Positions 12,111 to 22,424 of a stretch of 38,350 bases of DNA are shown piece by piece. The stretch lies in NCBI RefSeq assembly GCF_004010195.1, contig NC_057754.1:11662008-11700357 (forward strand), given 5' to 3'. The notes below the pieces were generated by a model. That model ran no database searches and was not told the DNA's origin. It saw only the letters and a program-made list of their open reading frames with translations. How positions within the stretch are numbered: the stretch's first letter is position 1; every line of letters starts with the position of its first letter. The DNA comes from Chiloscyllium plagiosum (taxonomy: Eukaryota). The translations under genes and the position numbers were made by a program.

Positions 12111-12764
12111 ATGAGTGAGGAGTCAGTTGCTCAAATGGAGGGACATGAGGATACCTGCACTACAGAGAAACCATGGAAGTGTGGGGACTGTGGGAAGGGA
12201 TTTAAACACCCATACCTCTTGGAAACTCATCAACGCAGTCACACTGGGGAGAGGCCGTACACCTGCTCTGTTTGTGGGAAAGGATTCACCCGGTCATCTG
12301 ACTTTCTGAAACATGAACGGACTCACACTGGAGAGAGGCTGTTCATCTGCCCTGAATGTGGGAAAGGCTTCAGGGACTCATCCAGCCTGCAAAAACACAA
12401 GCAAATTCACACTGGGGAGAGGCCATACACCTGCTCAGAGTGTGGGAAAGGATTCATTCGATCAGCCCACCTGCTGACACACCAGCGAGTTCACACTGGA
12501 GAGAGGCCATTCCCCTGTTCAGAGTGTGGCAAAGCGTTCTCTCAGCTATCCAACCTCAGGACACACCAACTGGTTCACACTGATGAGAGACCTTTCAAAT
12601 GTTTGCACTGTGAGAAAAGCTTTAAACGCACATGTGACTTGCTGATACACCAACAGATTCACACTGGGGAGAGGCCATTCCCCTGCTCTGTTTGTGGGAA
12701 ACGATTTATTCATTCAAAAAACCATCTGAGACACCAGCGAATACATACTAGTGAGAAGTTTTGA
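12111..12764 (+). CDS. Tandem C2H2 zinc-finger protein, 7 fingers, no KRAB/BTB/SCAN domain visible
   Basis: Seven CxxC-x12-HxxxH repeats with TGERP-type linkers in an open frame; first in-frame ATG at 12111 (alternative 12135); TGA ending at 12764. Confidence 0.88.
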   Translation: MSEESVAQMEGHEDTCTTEKPWKCGDCGKGFKHPYLLETHQRSHTGERPYTCSVCGKGFTRSSDFLKHERTHTGERLFICPECGKGFRDSSSLQKHKQIHTGERPYTCSECGKGFIRSAHLLTHQRVHTGERPFPCSECGKAFSQLSNLRTHQLVHTDERPFKCLHCEKSFKRTCDLLIHQQIHTGERPFPCSVCGKRFIHSKNHLRHQRIHTSEKF

Positions 12765-12955
12765 CCTGTTCTGGTGGGAAAGGAATTACTTTGTCATCCC
12801 ACCTGCTGAGACACTAACGTGCACAAATGACTGCAGGGCAGGGGTCTGTTGTTGTTGCTGTTCTTTAATTAAACTTTTCCTCACGTCACCTCTGCATATC
12901 TTTCCCAAAACCTTTTAATTGCACCTCCCTAATCTTTGGATCATCATGATGTGGA

Positions 12956-13130
12956 GGTGCTGGTTTTGGACTGGTCTGGACAAAGGCAGAAGTTGCACAA
13001 CATCAGGTTATAGTCTTAACAGGTTTATTTGAAATCCCAAGCTTTATCACTTCACCTGACAAAGGAGCACTGTGGTTTCAAATAAATCTATTGGACAATA
13101 ACCTGGTGTCATGTGACTTCTGACTGAGGC
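12956..13130. mobile_element. Older PLE fold-back element (second family) in the probable 3' UTR of the ZF gene
   Basis: Imperfect inverted arms at about 12987-13036 and 13075-13122; eroded hammerhead start cctgacaaaggagca in the spacer; diverged TSD catcatgatgtgga / catcacaatatgga. Confidence 0.65.
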
Positions 13131-14031
13131 CATCACAATATGGAACCAATATTTTATTTCTGTACCTGTAAACTAGTACACTTGAAGCATGGTATCAGAC
13201 CGGGCCTGTAGTTGTGAGCGAAAGAGATATTTTTTTTAAAAAGAGGCCAGCAATTTTTCCCTGGTTTGCTCCCTGATATCTCCATTTTGAAGTTCAAGCA
13301 TCCATATGTTTTGCTCGCTGCTTTCTTAAGTCCCACCTGCTTTGAAGTGGTTTAAAACAGATTGTGTTTTTTTTATTCCTCAGTTGATCATTGACACATG
13401 TCCATGGGTCTGTTTCTGCTGAAAGTAATGCCAAAATTCAAGGAAGTACCATTCTTGATGGCAGTGAAACAAATCCACTTTGTGTTAAATGCACTGTATC
13501 AAGTCTTGATCACCCAGTTCTCTGGGGTGGGGTGGAAATAATCCCCAGTTAGTGGTGTTGCCACCATCATTTACACCCATTGATGCTGTCACTTATGCAA
13601 TCAATCCAACACAGTGGACTGTTTCTCCATGCTGGAATGCTATATTTCAGGCTGTCTAATCCAGTCCAAATTTTTTCCAAAGTCAATGGACTGGAATGTT
13701 CTCAGTTGATTGAGTGTTTCTCAATACTTTTCCAGTGAGGTTCATCTGAGATCTTTTCCCAGTGACAAGCATTTGTCCTTTCTCATTTAAATGCCAATAC
13801 AATGAAGGTTGTGACAAGTGGCTGTTTGATTTTGACATGACTGGGTTGGTTTCCTGTCTGCCAATCCTAACCTGATGGTATCCCTGCAAATGAAGGATCG
13901 GAATTTGGAAAACCGAATTCAATCATCCTTTAACTATCTTGCTCCCTGTCTCAGTGGTGGACTGTGAGATGGATTATAATAGTGCTTAACCAATGCCCTG
14001 GAGACCTAATTGATCAATGTGACAGGATTGA

Positions 14032-14416
14032 CACACAGCATTGCCCTTTGCTGTGAAGGGCACTGCTTGTCACTGGCCACCCGGGTGTTTTCCTATCTTC
14101 CTGGTGGTGGAAATTGAATAAAGATTCGTGCACTTTGTGTCTCTCACTATGTCTCACACCTGCACACACACACACCCCATGGGTGCTGGGAAAAAAATAA
14201 GCACTACCGCAGTTAGGCGGTAGTGTGGGGGTTAAAAAAGGAAAAATAAAAAAAAGCGAAAAAGAAAAAAAAACAGGAGTGTCAGAGGTTCTGCTCACTC
14301 TGAGAGCTGGTTCTGTTTAAACTGGATCAGTGTGTGCGTGTTCAAGGACTCTCCTCCTTGAAGGTATCTGAGAGGAAGGGAACTGTCTTTGGACCAGCTG
14401 CGAAAAGAAAAAAAAA
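14032..14416 (+). mobile_element. Retroposed non-coding insertion (3' end of a non-LTR element, possibly with a 3' transduction)
   Basis: 13-bp TSD gtgacaggattga at 14019-14031 and 14417-14429; AATAAA at about 14117; A-tracts at 14235-14273 and 14403-14416. Confidence 0.8.
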
Positions 14417-14964
14417 GTGACAGGATTGATCTATCCACCTGGAGGGCCAGAAAGCAGATGCAGTGGAACAGTGAAATGTGGTGCAGGTGATGTGACAGGG
14501 GAAGCCAGCAGAGGGTGACACTGTATCATTTTAAACAGCAAATGGCCAGAGAGAAAGAGAGACAGACACTCTGACTTAGAATTGATGAATCAAAGCATGT
14601 CCCATTGCAGGCAGAGCTGGGTGTGCAGACATACTGACACAGGCACAAAACCAGATTCATTTACACAGACACATTCAAACTTCCCTCCGTGTTGCAGAGT
14701 TGGTCACATCAAGACACATGCACAAGATAGAAAAAAATGCACTTGGACAAAGCCGTGCAGATACTCACAAACACATCCTTACAGAGATACACAATGTCCC
14801 ATGGTATATTGATCTGTTTAATAAACAGATTTTGTACATTAGATCTGTGTAATCACTTTATTTGTAAAATGGATCGATTCAGATGTCGATTTCTTAGAAA
14901 TTTAATTAAAAGTAAACTTGCTGACTTTACTCGTTCATTTCAGTCCCATTAACACCTAGTGATG

Positions 14965-15830
14965 GTTATGGATCAGACCAGATCCCCTCAAAATAGAGAA
15001 GGTAGACTGGACCCTCACTTTTCTTATTTTAAAAGATAAATGTCAGGTGTTGTATTCCAGATGCAATTTGATTGGTCAAACTACTCTATGCTAAGCAAAA
15101 CACAATTTATTCAAATGCTGTAGTTTAAATACAATGAAAAAGAAGAAATGGATTAACAACTCTATTGTAAAACTTGAGACTAAAAGGTACAATATATATT
15201 ATTAATTAAATGTTCCAATATAGTAACATTCCATAAACACACCCTCAGCAAAAGGCAAATTCAGAAAAGAGATTTTGTTCTCACACGCAATGCAGCATCC
15301 GAGGGACAGAGGCCCCAGCTTTTGGTTTAGTCTGTTCTGTTCTCATGCAAGCTCGTGTTATAAGAAAATTGCCTCACAGCAGCACCATTTAAACTAATGG
15401 GGCCAGGATCATTTTATAACCAATACACGCTTTAAACGTTTGCACTTTAGAAACAGTGTCCCCAGATCGTCCATCTCGTTAGTGAAATTGCATTAACATA
15501 ACACTCAATTATATGTCGTTCTGCTTTAATGCAACAGGGATAAACTGCTTCCACTTTTTCAAGACCCCAACAGCAACAACTGCCGACAGCTAGCTAAAAA
15601 TCCTAGATTAGTGAGAGCCTGAACACCAACTCAGGTTGCATCTACTGTTCCAACGATCTTTTTAAGAAAAAAGGCCTCAAAGGTTGTTTATCTTCTCATA
15701 GACTGCTTGTTCCTTCTCTCCAGCTAAAACTAATTTAAACCTGGAATAGTCTCACTGTCTATTTTGGTTCCTGAGTCACTTCAATTAATGAAGAAAACCA
15801 GTCTGACACCAGGATAAGACACAAACAGAC
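14965..15830 (-). mobile_element. Probable solo LTR, decayed
   Basis: Non-coding; starts gttatggatcagaccagatccc (TGTTA-like terminus) with an antisense poly(A) signal tttatt at about 15106; far end and TSD not resolved. Confidence 0.35.
15325..15535. mobile_element. Probable Tc1/mariner-pogo type MITE remnant inside the LTR-like region
   Basis: Tigger-like sub-terminal motifs (gtgttataag, ttataacc, gtcgttctgctttaatgc); recognised by recall only. Confidence 0.35.
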
Positions 15831-16070
15831 TTGAAACAAGATCTCAAACCTAAAGTGCATTGTCTGACCTGAGAGACCAGTGAGCCTGTCGTCAGTGGTG
15901 GGCAAGTTGTTGGAGGGAATCCTAAGGGTCAGGATGTACACGTATTTGCAAAGGCAAAGACTGATTAGGGATGGGCAACATGGCCTTGTGCGTGGGAAAT
16001 CATGTCTCACAAACTTGATTGAGTTTTTTTGAAGAAGTAACAAAGAGGATTGCTGAGGGCAGAGCGGTAG

Positions 16071-16694
16071 ATAGAGTCATAGAGATGTACAGCAAGGAAA
16101 CAGACCCTTTGATCCAACCCATCCATGCCCGACCAGATATCCCAACCCAATACAGTCTTACCTGCCAGCACTCGGCCCATATCCCTCCAAACCCTTCCTA
16201 TTCATATACCTATCCAAATGCCTCTTAAATGTTGCAATTGTACCAGCCTCCACCACTTCCTCTGGCAGCACATTCCATACACGTACCACTCTCTGTGTGA
16301 AAAAGTTGCCCCTCAGGTTTCTTTTATATCTTTCCCCTCTCCCCCTAAACCTATGCCCTCTAGTTCTGGACTCCCCAACCCCAGGTAAACACATCCTTAC
16401 AGAGATACACAATGTCCCATGGTATATTGATCTGTTTAATAAACAGATTTTGTACATTAGATCTGTGTAATCACTGTTTGCCTATTTACCTTATCCATAC
16501 CCCTCATAATTTTTTGAACCTCTATAAGGTCACCCCTCAGCCTCTGACGCTCCAGGGAAAACAGCCCCAGCCTGTTCAGCCTCTCCCTATAGCTCAAATC
16601 CTTCAACCCTGGCAGCATCCTTGTAAATCTTTTCTGAACCCTTTCAAGTTTCACAACATCCTTCCGATAGGAAGGAGAACAGGATTGCATGCTA
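16071..16694 (-). mobile_element. 5'-truncated CR1 3' end nested in the opposite orientation
   Basis: KLERVQKRFTRMLPGLKDLSYRERL...RTRGHRF..FFTQRVV; atagagtc repeat tail at 16070-16085; splits the host AVD..YMDFSKAF motif. Confidence 0.88.
16387..16475 (+). repeat. Exact 89-bp copy of 14769-14857 inserted into a CR1
   Basis: Base-for-base identical by inspection (aaacacatcc...gtaatcact). Confidence 0.95.
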
Positions 16695-17769
16695 TATTCT
16701 ATATGGACTTCAGTAAGGCATTCAAGGTTCCCCATGGGAGACTGATTAGCAAGGTTACAGCTCATGGGATACAGGGAGAACCAGCCATTTGGATACAGAA
16801 CTGGCTCAAAGGTAGAAGACAAAGGTGGTGGTGGAGTGTTGTTTTTCAGACTGGAGGCCTGTTACCAGTGGAGTGCCACAAGGATCAGTGCTGGGTCCTC
16901 TACTTTTTGTCATTTTCATAAATGATTTGGATGCAAGAATAAGAGGTGCAGTTAGTAAGTTTGCAGATGACACCAAAATTGGAGGTGTAGTGGACAGTGA
17001 AGAGGGCTACCTTAGATTACAAACATGATCTTGACCGGATGGGCCAATAGGTTGAGAAGTGGCAGATGGAGTCTAATTCAGATAAATGCGAGGTGCTGCA
17101 TTTTGGGAAAGCAAATCGGAAAGACGTTGTGAAACTTGAAAGGGTTCAGAAAAGACTTACAAGAATGTTGCCAGGGTTGGAGGATTTGAGCTATAAAGAA
17201 AGGCTGAACAAGCTGCGTCAGAGGCTGAGGGGTGTCCTAATAGAGGTTTACAAAATTATGAGGAGCATGGATAAGATAAATACACAAAGTCTTTTCCCTG
17301 GGGTCGGAGAGCCCAGAATTCGAGGGCATAGGTTTAGGGTGAGAGGGGAAAGATATAAAAGAAGCCTAAGGGGCAACCTTTTCACACAGAGGGTGGTACA
17401 TGTATAGAATGAGCTAACAGAGGAAGTGGTGGAGGCTGGTACAATTGCAACATGCAAGAGGCATTTGAATGGGTATATGTATAGGAAGGGTTTGGAGGGA
17501 TATGGACTGGGTGCTGGCAGGTGGGACTAGATTGGGTTGGGATATCTGGTCGGCCTGGGTTGGACCGAAGGGTCTGTTTCTATGCTGTACATCTCCATGA
17601 CTCTGTCATTTTATACTGATCTTGGGGCAGCGACTTGAAATAAAATCTGGGATTTACATATTATCAATTGAAACCTGCATCTCCATTCTTACAGATTAAA
17701 GACTTAATAACAATCTAGGTTTGTTCAATATATTTGGATATGTTTTATAACCGTTTTACTTATAAATTC

Positions 17770-19500
17770 TTTATGCTGTACAATCTCAACATCACTTCCC
17801 AACTCCTGTACTCAAAGCAATGAAGGCAAGTGTGCTCAACACCCTTTTAACCACCCTGTGTATATGTGACACAAATTGCAAAAATTATGGACCTGAACCA
17901 CTCGGTCCCTCTGTTCTACACTAACTAAGACCCAACCATTAATTGTATAAGTCCTATCCTTGTTTGTTTTACCAAAATGCAATACCTCACATTTATCAGA
18001 TTGGATTCCATCTGCCATTTTTTAACGCATTGACCCATTTGCTAAAGATCCCGGTCTAATCTTAGAAAACCCTCTTCGCTGTCTACTATGCCACAGATTT
18101 TGATGTCATCCGCAAACTTACTAACTATACCTTATGCAGAATCCCTACAGTGTGGAAACAGGCCATTTCGCCCATCGAGTCCACACTGACCCTCCAAAGG
18201 ACGTCACACCTACCCTTCAACTCTGCATTTCTATGGCTAATCCACCAGATCGCGCACTCTCTGGAAACTCCGGCCAATTTAACATAGCCAATCCAGCTTA
18301 CCTGCACATCTATGGACTGTGGGAGGAAACCCATGCAGGCACAGGGAGAAGGTGCAAACTCTTCACAGACAATCTGTCCTGACTAACCACTATGCCATTG
18401 CTCTGCCCTCAATCTTTTTGGTAACTTCCTCAAAAAACTTCGAGACAATTTTCCTCGCATAAAACCATGCTGACAATCTCTTAGCAATTTTTGCCTAAAT
18501 GTCCATAAATTCTATCTTTTAAAATCACCTCTAATAATTTATTCACAACTGAAGTCAGACTCAAATCTATACTCCCCAGTTTCTTGTTACAACCTTTCTT
18601 GAACAAAGGTATAACATTAGCCATCCTCCAGGCACCTCACCCATAGTTATAGCAGCATTCAAGAAGTACCTGGACAAATACATAAATAGGAAGGGAATAG
18701 AGGGATATGAATTCTGTAAGTGAAGACTGTTTTTGTATGGAAGGGTAAAATGTGTTGGTGCAGGCTTGGAGGGCCTTGGGGCTGTTTCTGTACTGTATTG
18801 TTCTTTGTGTTTTTTTATAGATTCAGAAGTTACATGACACCTGGTTATAGTCCAACAGGTTTATGTGAAATCGCAAACTATTGGACCACCCCAAATTTTT
18901 CTGTAAGTGTTTTTGCAGTTTCTTCCCTTACATCCCACATTCTGGGATATATTTGATCAGGTCCCAGATATTTATCTACCTTTATACTCTCTAAGATCTC
19001 AACCTTTTATTCTGTAATGTGAACTATGTTAAAAAGCATCAAAATGTATCTATCTAAATTCTCCATTTCTTTTTGCACAATAAAAACTGACATCAAATAT
19101 TCATTTAGTATCTCTCCCATCTCCTGGGGTTCAACACAAAGTCGACCTCCTTAATCTTTAAGGGGCCCTACCATTTTACTCTGTCACCATTTTACTCAAT
19201 ATATTTGTAGAATGTTTTTGGATTATCCTTAACCTTATCTGCTAATGCTACCTCATATCCTCTCTTTGCCTTCCTGATGCACTACACTGGCTGGCATACT
19301 CTATATAATGATTAAAAGATTCAATTGAACCACGTTGTCTATATCTAAAATAAGATTCTTTATATTCCTGACTTGAACCTCAATATCTTTATCCATTGTT
19401 TCATAATCTTATCAGCCTTACCCTTCACTCTAACAGGAACATAATGCCTCTGAATGCTCATCATCACATTCTTGACAGCCTCCCACTTGTCAGACATCTC
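17770..19500 (-). mobile_element. Decayed CR1 with nested HE1 SINE (about 18138-18380), a CR1 tail (about 18650-18815, +) and a PLE end (about 18822-18875)
   Basis: DKCEVLHFGKTN, EQRDRVVQVH; HE1 core ctgtgggaggaaacccatgcagg. Confidence 0.75.
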
Positions 19501-19765
19501 CATCAGCAAAGTGATGGAAGGAACAATAACAGTGTTATCGGGCACTATTCACTCAGCAATAACCACCTCACTGATGCTGTGCGTTCCACCAGGGCAACTC
19601 AGCTCTTAATCTCATTACAGCATTAGCGTAAAATGGACAAAATGCTAAATAGGAGACATGCAGTGAGACCAACTACCCTTCACATCAAGGTAGCATTGAC
19701 TGGCTAAGACATGAAGGAGCTGTTGAAGCCGATGGGAATCAAGGGCAGAGCACTCTCCTGGAGCT
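19500..19765 (+). mobile_element. Ancient CR1-group RT fragment, distinct family
   Basis: ISKVMEG...LSNNHLTDA...IKVA...MGIKGRAL.W, frameshifted. Confidence 0.6.
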
Positions 19766-19929
19766 TGAACAATTCAGTGTTTGGGATGATGTGTAAATAT
19801 GGTCAGGAGCTCAGTGTAGTGGAATACAAGACTCAGATTATGAACAGTGTGATTCACCCTCAGGTCTCCTGCAACAGGATAGACACAAGAGTTAGGGAAG
19901 AAAATTAAGTGGTAATTTTCAATGTTTTT

Positions 19930-20220
19930 ACATTTTTATCCAAGAATATGGAAGACAGAGTCTGATAAATTAGCAACAGTAGAGGAATAGAGAAGTGAGG
20001 CTGGGGTGATGTCAGTGGATGTGTGAAACTAACATAGTGTCTTTGGATGATGTCACTAAAAACAGGAAGAGCCAAGGATAGATCCTTGGGGACACCAAGT
20101 TCCAGATCTTTTTTGGAGGAAAGGGAGTTTGGAGATGAGGCCAAGGTCTGATTTCAAAAGAAGGATTTCAGGTGAGAGGAACTGCAACACATGAAAGCAA
20201 GAACTGTTAACAACATCAGC
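19930..20220 (-). mobile_element. L2/CR1-group RT fragment
   Basis: Antisense ggtgtccccaaggatctatccttggc = GVPQGSILG. Confidence 0.55.
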
Positions 20221-20222
20221 CA

Positions 20223-20442
20223 ACAGGCATCCCGACAAGGCCATGAGTATAATCAATCCGTTTGAGGGTGACATCTTCAAGCACCTGGCCACCGAGGCCA
20301 CCCACCTGGTCCACTACACTGGCTGGCATACCCTGTCCTCCTGGGAGATTCAGCTGCCTTCTATCTGCTGCTGCCTGGTCTGCTGGCCAAATACACCGTC
20401 TCAGAGGGCATGAATGTGGGAACAAAATAGAGCAGCTCAAAG
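20223..20442 (+). pseudogene. H2B: Histone H2B pseudogene (5'-truncated, frameshifted)
   Basis: TGI/KAMSIINPFEGDIFKHLATEATHLVHYTGWHTLSSWEIQ/AFYLLLPGLLAKYTVSEGMNVGTK*SSSK aligns with H2B [74 protein letters not shown]. Confidence 0.88.
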
Positions 20443-20836
20443 TTGAGTTGTCTGTCCCCTTTCCCCATGGGGATTAGACATTAAGATCTATTAAAACCAC
20501 CCTAAAAAGAAAATAGCTTTACAAGAGCCACTCGTAAAAATAAATGGCAGGTTGGATATTCAGTGATTGAGTGGAAAGTGTGTCTTGGGACTACAATATG
20601 GGTCTCATGGATGCAAGGAGCTCTGGAGGTAGGAGAGGAACCGGAGAAAAATGCATGTCCAGGGCTCAGACAAGGTGGAACTTTAGAGACAGTTTCAGAG
20701 AAAGGAGAGACATGGAAGAGGCAGGTGATTGGATTGTCTCAAACTGATTGACAAAGGAGCTCCATGAGCTCCATATAAGATGAAGGAGGTACAATGGGCA
20801 AACACTACAAAAGAAAGTGAAGACATTAGATAGCCT

Positions 20837-20960
20837 GACGAAGGGCTCATGTCTGAAACGTTGACCCTCCTGCTCCTTGGATGCTGCCTGACCTGCTGCG
20901 CTTTTCCAGCAACACATTTTCAGCTCTGATCTCCAGCATCTGCAGTCCTCACTTTCTCCC
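20837..20960 (+). mobile_element. PLE terminal insertion starting at the hammerhead core
   Basis: 14-bp TSD acattagatagcct at 20823-20836 and 20961-20974; CTGACGA-A-GGGC-tcat-GTCT-GAAAC-GTT at 20835-20862. Confidence 0.85.
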
Positions 20961-21024
20961 ACATTAGATAGCCTCAACAGGCTGTGCGTTTACCACAAAC
21001 TTGATGTAACTGTATGTTCATCTC

Positions 21025-21030
21025 TTTATT
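21025..21030 (-). promoter_or_regulatory. Candidate poly(A) signal for the 11-finger gene
   Basis: AATAAA on the minus strand about 275 bp past the stop codon. Confidence 0.45.
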
Positions 21031-21304
21031 AATACCTATAACTAAGTTGGAATTTATACAGACCAACAGAAGATGGTCCCAGGAAACATGGTTCTGTCCT
21101 GGATAAGATTAACAGCAAAATCCAATTCCTGCAGTCAGAAATAGATAATGTGAAAGAGCACTAACATACATTAGAGATATTAAAAAGACTTGATACAGTA
21201 TGTTTAACACAAAGTGACATTTCATTGTCATACAGACCCTTTGGCAGAAAGGGAAGGACACTATGAAACAGGGATATATTCACAGTAAAAACCAGCCACT
21301 GTCA

Positions 21305-22258
21305 TCACTCATGAGAACGCTGGTGTTTCAGCAGGCTGGACTTCACAGTGAATCCCTTCCCACACTCAGTGCAGGTGTATGGTCTCTCCCCAGTGTGAGA
21401 TCGCTGATGTGCAGTGAGTTGGGTTGACCACTTGAACCCACTCCCACAGTGAGAGCATCTGAACGGTCTCTCGACACTATGAACACGTTGATGTGACATC
21501 AGGTCCCCAGATCGTTTAAAGCATTTCTCACAGTCTGGGCATTCAAAAGGTCTCTCCTCTGTGTGAAGTTGTTGGTGTTTCAGCAGGTTGGATTTCTGAG
21601 CAAATCCCTTCCCACACTCAGTGCAGGTGTATGGCCTCTCCCCAGTGTGAGATCGCTGGTGTACAGTGAGTTGGAATGATCGCCTGAACCCAGTCCCACA
21701 GTGAGAGCACCTAAATGGTCTCTCATCAGTGTGAACACGTTGATGTAACATCAGGTCCCCAGATCTTTTATAGCACGTCCCACAGTCTGGGCATTTAAAA
21801 GGTCTCTCCTCTGTGTGAACTTGCTGGTGTTTCAGGAGGGTAGATTTTCGAGCGAATGTCTTTCCACATGCTGAGCAGCTGAATGGTCTCTCCCCAGTGT
21901 GGATCCGCTGGTGTTCGATGAGATCAGATGATTGCTTGAATCTAGACCCGCAGCGAGAACAACTGAAGGGTCTCTCACCAGTGTGAACACGTTGATGCAA
22001 CTTCAGTGCGCCAGAACTTTTATAGCACTTTCCACATTCTGAACATTTAAACAATCTCTCCTCAGTGTGAACTTGCTGGTGTTTCAGCAGGGTGGATGAT
22101 GGAGGGAATCCTTTCCCACACTGGGAACAGACGAATTGCCTTTCCCCATTGTGACTGTATTTATGTTCTGACAAGGCAGATGACCTGCTGAAGTCCTGTC
22201 CACACATACAACACGTGGACAGTTTCTCCCCACTGTGAATGGTGCTTTTCCCTTCCAT
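21305..22258 (-). CDS. Tandem C2H2 zinc-finger protein, 11 fingers, no effector domain visible
   Basis: ATG at 22258 (aacATGG); 11 C2H2 repeats with TGERP/TEERP linkers in an open frame; upstream acceptor ttcacag ending at 22366, with stops in all frames between it and the ATG. Confidence 0.92.
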   Translation of the reverse strand: MEGKSTIHSGEKLSTCCMCGQDFSRSSALSEHKYSHNGERQFVCSQCGKGFPPSSTLLKHQQVHTEERLFKCSECGKCYKSSGALKLHQRVHTGERPFSCSRCGSRFKQSSDLIEHQRIHTGERPFSCSACGKTFARKSTLLKHQQVHTEERPFKCPDCGTCYKRSGDLMLHQRVHTDERPFRCSHCGTGFRRSFQLTVHQRSHTGERPYTCTECGKGFAQKSNLLKHQQLHTEERPFECPDCEKCFKRSGDLMSHQRVHSVERPFRCSHCGSGFKWSTQLTAHQRSHTGERPYTCTECGKGFTVKSSLLKHQRSHE

Positions 22259-22424
22259 GTTCAAGATCCAATAATATTAAGGCTGCAATCAACTGGCAAC
22301 TCTCTCAGACTCTGGTGATGTTTGATTTTAAGTCTCCCCACTACAAATTCTCCTCTTCAAATACCCTGTGAAACTGGTTGTAAATGAAAAAGGGGAGAGA
22401 GAGAAAAGAAAAACAAAAAGATAA

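Larger units (their letters stand above)
15873..17606 (+). mobile_element. CR1 LINE RT to 3' tail, internally deleted, with a nested antisense CR1
   Basis: [65 protein letters not shown]; tail ends ccatgactctg. Confidence 0.92.

Noticed and set aside
13380..13930. Non-repeat-looking stretch that might be decayed coding sequence
   Set aside because: No recognisable motif or long frame found by eye; needs tblastx
14021..14033. gacaggattgaca resembles a conserved 18S rRNA motif
   Set aside because: Only 11-13 bp match, the flanks are not rRNA, and the repeat is explained as a TSD
17605..17770. Possible further PLE terminal-repeat fragment
   Set aside because: Vague resemblance only; no hammerhead, TSD or second copy in the window
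21305..22258. PRDM9 or a named ZNF orthologue
   Set aside because: No SET, KRAB or SSXRD domain is visible and finger arrays alone do not support a gene symbol
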